A stretch of 24,000 nucleotides of DNA, taken from Candidatus Caldarchaeum subterraneum (GTDB lineage Archaea > Thermoproteota > Nitrososphaeria_A > Caldarchaeales > Caldarchaeaceae). How positions within the stretch are numbered: the first letter of the stretch is position 1; the number at the start of each line of letters is the position of its first letter. Positions 7,484 through 15,436 of the stretch are shown piece by piece. The notes beneath the pieces are model-generated. The model made no database searches. It was given only the letters and a program-made list of their open reading frames with translations, and had not been told where the DNA came from. A program made the position numbers and the translations under genes. The stretch is taken from contig CALHAG010000008.1 of assembly GCA_937934305.1 (NCBI GenBank), positions 56,377 through 80,376 on the forward strand. Direction: 5' to 3'.

Positions 7484-7494
7484 GGGGTGCTTAG

Positions 7495-8715
7495 TTGGGT
7501 AAATATGTTGTAAAGCTTGGTGGCTCGGTTCTAGCAGACGAGATGAGCATCGAGAGAGCTGCATCTTGGATTAAGGGCCTCGTGGAGAAGGGTAACAAAG
7601 TGGTTGTCGTGGTCTCCGCTCTCAAGGGTGTTACGGATGAACTTCTCCGCAGCAGCCAGAGGCTACATCCCGACGCACCTCCAGAGATGCTTGACGAAAT
7701 CTTAGCCATGGGTGAGAGAACGAGCGCGAGGCTCTTTACACTAGCTCTCAGACGACAAGGAGTCGACAGCGTCCTAGTCGACCCGGACTCACCTCATTGG
7801 CCCATAATCACCAACAACCAGCACCTCGACGCCTCGCCTCTCCTCGAAACATGTAGACAGAAGGTCTCAGAGGGCCTCGCTAAGCTCGTTGAAGAGGGGA
7901 GGGTTCCAGTTGTATGCGGATTCGTAGGCTTGACAGTCGACGGAAAAATTACAACAATGGGCCGCGGAGGCAGCGACACCACAGCCGTCGTGCTCGCAAA
8001 CTGCCTCGACGCTGACGAAGTCATACTGGTGAAAGATGTTTCAGGCGTATATTCCACAGACCCGCGTAAAGATGCTGAGGCAGAGGTGCTTGAGGTGCTG
8101 ACAGCTGATGAGGTTTTCCGATTAAGCAAAGGCGGCTCAAAAGTGATACACTCGAAAGCACTTCTCTATCTTCATCCACGGGGAAAAATTAGAATAGGGT
8201 CTCTGGACACTCTAGAAAACAGTGGCACACTTATCCTCGGCTCAGAGATACCGCGGCTCAACGTCGTCGTCGACGACACAAACATCACCATGGTCACGAT
8301 AATCGGCGAGTCCATGGGTGAGCCGTCCAAGATAGCCGCGGCGGTGAAGTCTGTTGAAGGCGCCGGAGGAAAACTCGCAGCAGCCTCTGTGGAAGAAGAA
8401 TCGCTGATACTTTATTTGCGTGGAGACGGGGAGATAGTTGAAAAGTTGCATGACTATTTTGTCCAGAACAAGCTGGGAAAAGCCGTAAGCCACTTCCCTA
8501 ACCTTAGTGTGATAAAAATCTACGGCGCAATGCTTGAGCTGGTTCCGGGCGTGGTCTTCAAAGCGGTTCAACCGCTTGCCACACAGGGAGTCAACCTCTT
8601 CGGAGTATTAACGATAAGCTCATCCGTTCGCATCTTCGTCTCTACAAAGGATGTCGAAAAAGCGGTCAACTTGATAAAGAAAAACTTAGCCGAGTACATG
8701 ACGCAGGAAACATGA
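7495..8715 (+). CDS. Aspartate kinase (amino-acid kinase domain plus C-terminal ACT domains)
   Basis: 406 aa, TTG start. Motifs: VVKLGGSV, VVVVSALKGVTDEL, GRGGSDTTAV, VKDVSGVYSTDPR. The C-terminal roughly 130 aa are ACT-like (ITMVTIIGESM..., IKIYGAML...). Confidence 0.85.
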   Translation: MGKYVVKLGGSVLADEMSIERAASWIKGLVEKGNKVVVVVSALKGVTDELLRSSQRLHPDAPPEMLDEILAMGERTSARLFTLALRRQGVDSVLVDPDSPHWPIITNNQHLDASPLLETCRQKVSEGLAKLVEEGRVPVVCGFVGLTVDGKITTMGRGGSDTTAVVLANCLDADEVILVKDVSGVYSTDPRKDAEAEVLEVLTADEVFRLSKGGSKVIHSKALLYLHPRGKIRIGSLDTLENSGTLILGSEIPRLNVVVDDTNITMVTIIGESMGEPSKIAAAVKSVEGAGGKLAAASVEEESLILYLRGDGEIVEKLHDYFVQNKLGKAVSHFPNLSVIKIYGAMLELVPGVVFKAVQPLATQGVNLFGVLTISSSVRIFVSTKDVEKAVNLIKKNLAEYMTQET

Positions 8716-8717
8716 GC

Positions 8718-9629
8718 CTACCCTGTTTCCTCTAAAAGCGCCAGAACAAGAATAGGCAGCGCAACTGTCGCATCTGTTTTCACGAAGACATGCCGCCCCT
8801 TTGAAGAGATTTTATGCCATGTGACGGCTTCCCTGGGCCTAGCTCCGCTTAGGCTGCCGTCATATTCATCGGCTGTTGAGATGTAGACCGCTGTATCGAG
8901 TCCCTCTCCCCCGAACTGAGACCACCAAAGCAGATGATGTTTCGATATTCCGCCGCCGATTATGAGCCCGGCTTTACGGCGGCTACTCCACATTATCTCG
9001 TTGAGAAGGTTTTGGTCTTTTTCATAGCTCAGCCTTATCTTTTTACGTAGCCACAGCTGGTATCCGAAGGCGCCGTCAAAAATTCCCGGAACCATGACGG
9101 GAACCCTATGTCTATAACACCAGTAAAGCCACGAGTTTTCGGACCCAAGCCTCTCACCAATTTTCCACAAAACCTCATACACGGGCAGTTCAGCTCCATG
9201 TCCAAGCTCTCCGACAAGGTCCGCTACCTCACGCTCAACCACCAGCCCATAGCTTGACTGGTCGATGTAGACGTTGCCGAGTCTGTGGACGTTTTTCTCG
9301 GCGAGCTCCCAATCATCGGCGTCAAAACTGCCAACCCTGTAGCGGGACCTTGTACGGGCGATGTCGTGGTCAACGGCCCCGCAGGTTGTAAACACCAAGT
9401 CAAACCATTTTCTCCGCAGCATCTCTACAAACACCCCCCTTAGGCCTGTTGCCACAAGGTTGCCCGTGAAAGAAATCATTCTCAAACATTCTCGGTCAGA
9501 CAACACATCCCTGAGCAGCTGATAGGCCTCGGCGAGATGAGCCCCCATAAACCCGCCCATCCTCCCCATCATCCTGAGAAGCTCCGCCGCCGAACATCCC
9601 TTCACCAGCCTCACATCCTCAACATACAT
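8718..9629 (-). CDS. dys: Deoxyhypusine synthase
   Basis: 303 aa. Motifs: FTGNLVATGLRG, FTTCGAVDHD, GNVYI, IIGGGISKHH, STADEYDGSLSGARPREAVTWHKI (catalytic Lys region). Convergent with aspartate kinase, with 2 nt between the stops. Confidence 0.9.
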   Translation of the reverse strand: MYVEDVRLVKGCSAAELLRMMGRMGGFMGAHLAEAYQLLRDVLSDRECLRMISFTGNLVATGLRGVFVEMLRRKWFDLVFTTCGAVDHDIARTRSRYRVGSFDADDWELAEKNVHRLGNVYIDQSSYGLVVEREVADLVGELGHGAELPVYEVLWKIGERLGSENSWLYWCYRHRVPVMVPGIFDGAFGYQLWLRKKIRLSYEKDQNLLNEIMWSSRRKAGLIIGGGISKHHLLWWSQFGGEGLDTAVYISTADEYDGSLSGARPREAVTWHKISSKGRHVFVKTDATVALPILVLALLEETG

Positions 9630-9699
9630 AGAATTATCCGCTTAATCGCCAGCTATAAACCCGCGAAACAATTAAGAAACCCTCTAACAGAAAAGTTGC

Positions 9700-9942
9700 A
9701 TGACTGTTGTAGGAATATTTTTATCCGTGGTAGGCGGCATGCTGACCGCCGGCGGGTTCTGGCTATGCTGGGATGTTTACAAGACACAGCAGTATGAGGG
9801 CGGCGGTGCCGAGACACCTTTTCCTCTTCCCTTCTTCTCAAAATATCTCAGACGCGACGCCGCCTTCGACCTCGGTGTCTCGATGGGTGTATTGGGATAC
9901 CTAATAGGTCTGATGGGCGCTTTTCTCACCTGTCAAACATAA
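9700..9942 (+). CDS. Small membrane protein with two predicted TM helices
   Basis: 80 aa. Hydrophobic segments VVGIFLSVVGGMLTAGGFWLCW and LGVSMGVLGYLIGLMGAFL. A TATA-like ctataaac lies about 45 nt upstream. No recognisable family. Confidence 0.45.
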   Translation: MTVVGIFLSVVGGMLTAGGFWLCWDVYKTQQYEGGGAETPFPLPFFSKYLRRDAAFDLGVSMGVLGYLIGLMGAFLTCQT

Positions 9943-9985
9943 AAGGTGGATAAATCAACAAAACTCAGGAAACAGAGGAAAAGAG

Positions 9986-11239
9986 ATGGAGATAACTTTT
10001 CTAGGGGGATGCCTAGAGGTCGGTAGGTCGGGAATACTGGTCAGCTACAAGAACACCAGAATCCTTCTCGACTACGGCGTCATGCTCAACGACCACCCAG
10101 AGTTCCCGATGCCTGTTGAAACAAAGAAGCTCAACGCAGTTATCCTAACCCATGCACATCTCGACCACTCAGGCGGAATCCCCATGCTATACATTAACAG
10201 AAACCCAAAACTCTACACAACGTCGATGACAAGAGACACCGCGGCACTCCTCATAAAAGATTTCATAAAACTTTCAGGACAATACCTCCTCTTTGAAAAC
10301 CAGGAACTGGAAAAAATGCTGCGAAACACGCGGACCTTCTACTACCGCGAGCCATTCACAGTCGGAGACCTTGAGATAGAGTTGGTTGACGCGGGACACA
10401 TACCGGGAAGCGCCCAGGTCCTGGTCAACGGCGACAAAACACTCGTCTACACAGGCGACTTTACAACTATCAAGACCCGGATGCTTGACGGAGCAGATAC
10501 AACCATAGGTGATGTGGACGCGGTTATAATAGAGTCAACCTATGCCCATGAAGACCATGAGCCGCGGCCGGAACTGGAGAAAAAGTTTGTCAAAGCCTGT
10601 CGCGAAGTGGTGGAGAATGGTGGAAGAGTGTTGGTGCCAGCCTTCTCTGTGGGCCGTTCCCAGGAGATTCTCTGCATACTCGCTGCTCACAACTTTCCCT
10701 ACACCATCTGGCTCGACGGCATGGCGAAGAAAACACTCGAAAATTATTTGTCGGATAAAAGGTTTGTGGATAACGTGGACATCCTCGAGAAAGCCAACAG
10801 GAAAACACGCTTCGTTAAAGGACGTAGAGAAAGGGAGACGGCGCTCTCGGAGCCAGGTGTCATCGTGACCCCCGCAGGTATGTTGAAGGGTGGGCCCGCT
10901 CTCTACTATGCGCCCGAGATAGTTGAGGACGAGAAGTCGGCGATTTTCCTCGCAAGCTTCCAAATACCTGGGACGCCGGGCGAGATTCTCCTCAACCAAG
11001 GAAGACTGGTGGTCGACAACCTAGACAAGCCAGCCAACTGCATCGTTAAACAGTTCAGGTTCTCGGGACACGCCGGCAGGACGCAGCTACACGACTACCT
11101 GCGAAAAATAGAGACAAACGCCAAAGTCTTCACCGTCCACGGAGAGCCAGAGATGTGCAAAACTCTCTCAACATGGGCCCAGCAGGAACTCGGGCTCGAA
11201 GCCACAGCCCCCAGAATCAACGACACCATAACACTTTAA
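9986..11239 (+). CDS. Beta-CASP family metallo-beta-lactamase ribonuclease (KH-less, aCPSF2-like)
   Basis: 417 aa. MBL motifs: LLDYG, THAHLDHSGG, AGHIPGS, YTGDF. Beta-CASP motifs: A (IIESTY), B (RFSGHA), C (TVHGE). Confidence 0.85.
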   Translation: MEITFLGGCLEVGRSGILVSYKNTRILLDYGVMLNDHPEFPMPVETKKLNAVILTHAHLDHSGGIPMLYINRNPKLYTTSMTRDTAALLIKDFIKLSGQYLLFENQELEKMLRNTRTFYYREPFTVGDLEIELVDAGHIPGSAQVLVNGDKTLVYTGDFTTIKTRMLDGADTTIGDVDAVIIESTYAHEDHEPRPELEKKFVKACREVVENGGRVLVPAFSVGRSQEILCILAAHNFPYTIWLDGMAKKTLENYLSDKRFVDNVDILEKANRKTRFVKGRRERETALSEPGVIVTPAGMLKGGPALYYAPEIVEDEKSAIFLASFQIPGTPGEILLNQGRLVVDNLDKPANCIVKQFRFSGHAGRTQLHDYLRKIETNAKVFTVHGEPEMCKTLSTWAQQELGLEATAPRINDTITL

Positions 11240-11245
11240 ATAAAT
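11235..11245 (+). promoter_or_regulatory. TATA box for tRNA-Gly, overlapping the beta-CASP stop codon
   Basis: tttaaataaat is centred about 28 nt upstream of the tRNA 5' end (11268). The TAA stop at 11237-11239 lies inside it. Confidence 0.6.
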
Positions 11246-11267
11246 CGCCGACAAACAATACAAACAA

Positions 11268-11341
11268 GCGGCGGTCGTCTAGCCTGGTAGGACACCAGCC
11301 TGCCACGCTGGGAGTCGCGGGTTCAAATCCCGCCCGCCGCA
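11268..11341 (+). tRNA. tRNA-Gly (anticodon GCC)
   Basis: Hand-folded cloverleaf of 74 nt. Acceptor GCGGCGG/CCGCCGC, D stem GTCT/GGAC, anticodon stem CCAGC/GCTGG with loop CTGCCAC, T arm GCGGG-TTCAAAT-CCCGC, discriminator A. No intron and no encoded CCA. Confidence 0.9.
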
Positions 11342-11372
11342 GCTTCGAAAAAATAATTTGTTGGAGGGTGTT

Positions 11373-11419
11373 CAATCTACTTTGGGGATGTTATTCCATT
11401 CTCGGTGCTTAGTAGATTG
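11373..11419 (+). repeat. 9-bp perfect inverted repeat (CAATCTACT/AGTAGATTG) 32 nt downstream of tRNA-Gly
   Basis: Arms are at 11373-11381 and 11411-11419, with a 29-nt spacer. It sits at the left edge of the low-GC islet. Confidence 0.5.
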
Positions 11420-11580
11420 TAAATGAGATAATTTTTTAGCCACATAACACCATCCAGAAGCTTTATATTCTGGTCGAGCGCAGGAACGAATTACCGTTTC
11501 ACTTGCCAGTATCAGGGCCCTTAGGAACCTCCTAGAACAAGCGCCCGTCTTCCACGTCTCAAAACATGGGGAGGAGAAAT

Positions 11581-12558
11581 ATGAGCTCTGTGTCCTCCCA
11601 GGATGAGAAGGCTGGTCAGGCGGTGAAGAGGAGGTATCTTCCACGAGAATTGCGGATAAAGGCCCACGACATGGTCATAAGGCTTCGATTGCAGGGAATG
11701 TCGTATAACAAGATAATCTACGAGGTTTACATTGCGCTCGGAGTAAGGTTATCAAAGTCACACATTAGCTACTATGTAAGAGGACTTCATAATCCAAGGA
11801 ATGGAATATACATTAGTTCTCTTGAGTGTCTGATGCCTAGCGAAGACCTCGCCTTTGTAATTGGTGCTGTAATTGGCGATGGGACTACAAAGAGGACAAA
11901 ATCAGGAGACTTCGTCATGATGTTTAGGGTTAAGGACAAGGAGTTCGCAGAAGAGTTCTCTAAGAGGATAGCGAATGTCCTTGGGAGACAAGCGCTAAAA
12001 CCGCGGGTTCTTAAAGATGGCAGATGGGCAATAGAAATTAAATCGAAGATTCTCTATGAGCTACTTAAGAAGCCTATCGACATCGAGAGGATAAGACCAT
12101 TTGTCGAACACTGTGAAAAATGCGTTGGGGCGTTTATTAGAGGGTTCTTCGATGCCGAAGGGATTGTAAGAAAAGATGGAACCATGACCGTGGTCAACAC
12201 TGACTTTAATCTACTGCTTTATGTAAGGGATTTGTTAAGGAAAATCAATGTCGAGACGACAAGCGAGCCGAAACTGCATACACCAGCAGGAACATCCGTC
12301 AGAGGCCGTAATGGTAAGGTCTACAAAACCAGAAAAGACCTCTATTACTTACAAATTAGAAAGTCTTCGAACGAGAACTTCTACGACATGGTGGGATTCA
12401 CTATTGATAGGAAGAGGAAAAGGCTGGAGGAATACCTGAGACGGAGAAAAAGCCGGCCAGCCTCAACCACCCCTATTTTTTCCCTATTTACACCTCACCT
12501 GTTTTTTGAAAACAATTCCATTCTTAAAATTTACCTAAAGTCCTCTAAAGCTTTATGA
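11581..12558 (+). CDS. LAGLIDADG (double-motif) homing-endonuclease-family protein with an N-terminal helix-turn-helix region
   Basis: Two LAGLIDADG motifs with acidic residues intact: LAFVIGAVIGDGTT and VGAFIRGFFDAEGIV. The N-terminal roughly 70 aa (LRLQGMSYNKIIYEV...LSKSHISYYVRG) looks HTH-like. ATG 11581 is preferred over 11566 because GGAGG lies 6 nt upstream. The C-terminal roughly 30 codons run through T-rich, intergenic-looking sequence. Confidence 0.8.
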   Translation: MSSVSSQDEKAGQAVKRRYLPRELRIKAHDMVIRLRLQGMSYNKIIYEVYIALGVRLSKSHISYYVRGLHNPRNGIYISSLECLMPSEDLAFVIGAVIGDGTTKRTKSGDFVMMFRVKDKEFAEEFSKRIANVLGRQALKPRVLKDGRWAIEIKSKILYELLKKPIDIERIRPFVEHCEKCVGAFIRGFFDAEGIVRKDGTMTVVNTDFNLLLYVRDLLRKINVETTSEPKLHTPAGTSVRGRNGKVYKTRKDLYYLQIRKSSNENFYDMVGFTIDRKRKRLEEYLRRRKSRPASTTPIFSLFTPHLFFENNSILKIYLKSSKAL

Positions 12559-13985
12559 TATGCCATTGTTGCATAGGAGATGCATGGGTAAAGACTTTTG
12601 AGAAGGTGTTTTGTGGTTTCGCTGGTTTGAGGGCTTCGGTTGTTCTGCTTTTGGCAGGGTTGCTGTTTTTGTTGGTTGCGGGTGTTGGGGGGTTGTCGCC
12701 GCCTCGGCTGGTTGAGCTAGGATTCAGTGGTACTGTTTTGCGTGTTGACTCGGATGGAGGCTCTGTGGTGGCGTTGGCTTTCCGCGACAGAGACGTGCTT
12801 GGTCTCTATTATGCGGACATCGGTTCGTATGTAGAGGTTGAAGTGGGGGCGCCGGTTGTGATGACCGTTTTTTCACAGAACTTTGCTGCAGCTCTTCTCC
12901 AGGGCGGTGGGAGAATCGCTCTGGTTGACCTCGTCTCGAAGAAAGTTGATACCGTGGAGCTGGATGCTTCTGCCTTCGCTCTCGCAGGCGACGAAACAGG
13001 TGTCTATGTTGTTTACCCACGGCTCGGCCGTGTTGAGAAGCTTGACCCTGCGTCTCGGCAGATTGAGGCCAGCTGGGATGTCCGCATCGCAGAAAATCTC
13101 AAAGCCGTCTCAGCAGCCAATGGGGTCTTCTACGGTCTCTCGGAATCTCTCGACGAATTGGTCACGCTGGGAGATAGTGTTTCACGTGTACGGCTCGACG
13201 GCTTAGGCTCATTGGTCAAGGCCTCGGGCCGGGTTGTCTGGGTTGTCAGAAGCGATGACACCGTTCTAAGAATTGTCGGCGCATCTATCACCTCCACAAC
13301 ACCTTTACCAAGAGCCACATTCGTCGCAGACGCCGTTGCGATGGATGATAAGCTGGTTTATGTGAGCGTTTCACGCAGGGTTGTAGGTGTCGTCGACCAG
13401 CAGGGCTTCAGAGAGAGCAGGTTAACTGAACAGGCTCCGGTTTCGGTTGCGGCATCACGCCCCAGCCGCATATGGTTCATAGACGGGCAGAGCAACAAGC
13501 TATACCTGTTGTTCGACTCCTTGCCTCCTATAATTTCGGAGAAAAGGCTGGAAACCTCAGCAGACCGCTCGACCACTGTGCGTGTAAGAGCTGGAGACCC
13601 TGACAACGACCTTGACAAAGTTGTGGTGCAGCTCTACGAGTATCAGGGAGCTTTCCCGCTTGACCCACGTACAATCCCCATGGATGAGGTAGGAGGTTTC
13701 TGGGTGGCTGTCTATCGTCCGGGCGAAGGAGTGACGAGGGCGGAGTTTTTCGTCAACGCAACGGATAAGGCGGGCAACAGCGTGTTGGAGAAAGTGGGTG
13801 AAGCCGATTACAGAAGCTCGCCGACAAGCCCACAAGTAACCGTTGTTGAGACCACCGCTCCACAGAACCCTGCCACATTCCCCATCCTCTTCTCAGAACT
13901 GCTGCTACTCATTCCCCTAATCCTCGTGGCCACGTTGTTTGTCTTTGCGCGAAGAGGCAGGAGAAAGAAGAGCAAGAAGAGATAG
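12555..13985 (+). CDS. Cell-surface protein: N-terminal signal/anchor, beta-propeller-like repeats, Ig-like region, C-terminal TM helix and basic tail
   Basis: 476 aa. N-terminal hydrophobic stretch ASVVLLLAGLLFLLVAGVGG. Recurrent blades of about 40 aa (GVYVVYPRLGRVEKLD, NGVFYGLSE..DELVTL, GRVVWVVRSDDTVLRI, DKLVYVSVSRRVVGVVD, SRIWFIDGQSNKLYLL). C-terminus LLLLIPLILVATLFVFARRGRRKKSKKR. The start is uncertain: ATG 12555 overlaps the upstream stop, and GTG 12606 is an alternative. Confidence 0.6.
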   Translation: MICHCCIGDAWVKTFEKVFCGFAGLRASVVLLLAGLLFLLVAGVGGLSPPRLVELGFSGTVLRVDSDGGSVVALAFRDRDVLGLYYADIGSYVEVEVGAPVVMTVFSQNFAAALLQGGGRIALVDLVSKKVDTVELDASAFALAGDETGVYVVYPRLGRVEKLDPASRQIEASWDVRIAENLKAVSAANGVFYGLSESLDELVTLGDSVSRVRLDGLGSLVKASGRVVWVVRSDDTVLRIVGASITSTTPLPRATFVADAVAMDDKLVYVSVSRRVVGVVDQQGFRESRLTEQAPVSVAASRPSRIWFIDGQSNKLYLLFDSLPPIISEKRLETSADRSTTVRVRAGDPDNDLDKVVVQLYEYQGAFPLDPRTIPMDEVGGFWVAVYRPGEGVTRAEFFVNATDKAGNSVLEKVGEADYRSSPTSPQVTVVETTAPQNPATFPILFSELLLLIPLILVATLFVFARRGRRKKSKKR

Positions 13986-14507
13986 GTCACGAGGCTCATC
14001 TACGTCGAGCGCCGTGCCCAATCCATAGTAAATCTTTGGACAGGGGTGTAGACGCAGATGCTTTATGAAACTGTTTACGCCGAAGCATGGACGGTATCCA
14101 TCCCACGTGTTTACGTAAACGATGTTTGTTCCGCGGAGTTTTTTGTCTGGACATACAACATATTCCCAACCCAACTCACAAATTGTCTTCAGGTCCGTGG
14201 CTGTTAACATCGGCAAGTCAGGTAAAATGATGAAGTAGCTTGTGGGCTTCAGTGTTTCTATAGCATGTTTGATAGCTTTGTTCAGCCCGTGACCCGGGTC
14301 AGGTATTGAGTGTCTGCCCAGCTCAGCAGCGAGAGTTTTATCCGAGGTTACCGCATAAGGCCGTAAACCAGCTTCTAAGCATGTTTTCCACACATGGTTA
14401 AACAGCTTCTTAGCAAGGCTTCGACGATTATTTGATGAGAGAACTGTTGATAGCCTTGACTTGGCTTGATCCAGGTTCTTGACCGGCAGGAGGGCCACGT
14501 TCTTCAA
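13917..14507 (-). CDS. cofC: F420 biosynthesis guanylyltransferase CofC (2-phospho-L-lactate/PEP guanylyltransferase)
   Basis: 196 aa. VALLPVKNLDQAKSRLS..LS...R..L, GLNKAIKHAIE, IILPDLPML, RGTNIVYV, NSFIKHL and DVDEPRDL are colinear with M. jannaschii CofC as I recall it. There is a 4-nt overlap with cofD. Confidence 0.8.
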   Translation of the reverse strand: MKNVALLPVKNLDQAKSRLSTVLSSNNRRSLAKKLFNHVWKTCLEAGLRPYAVTSDKTLAAELGRHSIPDPGHGLNKAIKHAIETLKPTSYFIILPDLPMLTATDLKTICELGWEYVVCPDKKLRGTNIVYVNTWDGYRPCFGVNSFIKHLRLHPCPKIYYGLGTALDVDEPRDLSLLALLSPASSRKDKQRGHED

Positions 14508-15436
14508 AGCCTGTATCCAATAGCCTTCAAACAGAAGGCTGCAAGCCTCACTCTATCCTCGAAGCTCTCCATGATTGTCCGGGTTGTCAACGGCTTCACT
14601 CCAAGCGCCTTGACATCTTTTGCCATCTCCTCGTCGGCTGTGTCAAAAACAAGTATGTCGAGAAAGTCATGATACATATCCGCTACTCCGACGGGGGAAG
14701 GCTCGTATCCCATGCTTTTCATAAGCTCCGCCGCCGGGCCGCGGAGTGCGTGGCCTCTTATGATTGGTGAGACGGCGAGTATCGTCGCGTTGCTGTTCCT
14801 CAACAAATCTCTCACGCCTGGTAGAGTAAGTATTGGCCCGATGCTGACAACCGGGTTGCTGGGAGGTATTATGAGATATTCGGCGCTGCTCAGAGCCGTG
14901 ATGACCTCTTTTCCAGGCTTAGCCTTCTCGATGCCCTGGAAACGGATGTCGTGAACCTTGAGGCTGTACCGATATTTGACGAAATATGTTTGGAAAGGCA
15001 GCGGGCCAATCTCTGTCTCGACTATGGTTTTGACGGGGTCGTCGGACATGGGGAGAATTCGCCAGCTGACTCCAAGCTTTTCCGCAAGCTCTGCCGTGAC
15101 CTGTGTTAGAGAGGCGCCCTCGTTTAGCCTCATGGTTCGGTAAAGATGTGTGGCGAAGTCTCTGTCACCTATCTTAAACCATGTCTCGAGCCCTAAGCGG
15201 CTTAGCATCTCGAGGGCGTTGAATGTGTCATCCTTGATGCCCCATCCCTTGGCTTCATCGCCTATTCCAGCCATCTGGTAGATTATTGTATCTATATCGG
15301 GTGAGACGTGGAGCCCGTAAAATTTTTCGTCGTCGGCTGTGTTGACCACCACCGCTCCCGTTTCGGGATGCATGACGTGTCTGAGGCCTGTGAGCAGTTT
15401 TGAGCCACCTACTCCTCCTGCCAGAGCTGTCAACAA
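14504..15436 (-). CDS. cofD: 2-phospho-L-lactate transferase CofD (LPPG:FO transferase)
   Basis: 310 aa. N-terminal ALAGGVGGSKLL, then NTADD, GDRD.ATH, IIPPSNPVVSIGPIL and AVSPII.G...GPA. Confidence 0.9.
   Translation of the reverse strand: MLTALAGGVGGSKLLTGLRHVMHPETGAVVVNTADDEKFYGLHVSPDIDTIIYQMAGIGDEAKGWGIKDDTFNALEMLSRLGLETWFKIGDRDFATHLYRTMRLNEGASLTQVTAELAEKLGVSWRILPMSDDPVKTIVETEIGPLPFQTYFVKYRYSLKVHDIRFQGIEKAKPGKEVITALSSAEYLIIPPSNPVVSIGPILTLPGVRDLLRNSNATILAVSPIIRGHALRGPAAELMKSMGYEPSPVGVADMYHDFLDILVFDTADEEMAKDVKALGVKPLTTRTIMESFEDRVRLAAFCLKAIGYRL

Larger units (their letters stand above)
11342..12560. mobile_element. Low-GC islet carrying a free-standing LAGLIDADG endonuclease gene, adjacent to the tRNA-Gly 3' end (possible homing-endonuclease or integrated-element remnant)
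   Basis: Hand-counted 60-nt lines inside give 37% (11401-11460), 38% (11701-11760), 42% (12001-12060) and 30% G+C (12481-12540). Flanking lines give 50% (11101-11160) and 60% (12661-12720). No integrase and no flanking direct repeats were found. Confidence 0.4.

Noticed and set aside
7402-7494. A lysine or other known riboswitch upstream of aspartate kinase.
   Set aside because: The region is under 100 nt, with a single simple hairpin. It is far too small and simple for the lysine riboswitch architecture. It is kept only as a speculative hairpin/mini-ORF leader.
9537-9841. Two small ORFs (86 aa on the plus strand, 62 aa on the minus strand) around the dys start and its upstream region.
   Set aside because: Both are Arg/His/Pro-rich and low-complexity, and they overlap dys or the better-supported two-TM ORF at 9700-9942. 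They are likely artefacts.
11372-11644. A 90-aa minus-strand ORF across the tRNA-Gly/LAGLIDADG intergenic region.
   Set aside because: It overlaps the endonuclease gene start in antisense. Its product is low-complexity and Ser/Pro-rich, and it has no promoter-like element at its 5' side.
11320-12620. An att-type direct repeat of the tRNA-Gly 3' half marking an integrated element.
   Set aside because: I could not find any copy of the tRNA 3' segment (gggttcaaatcccgcccgccgc or part of it) at or beyond the right edge of the low-GC islet, and no integrase is present. The mobile-element call therefore rests only on composition and gene content.
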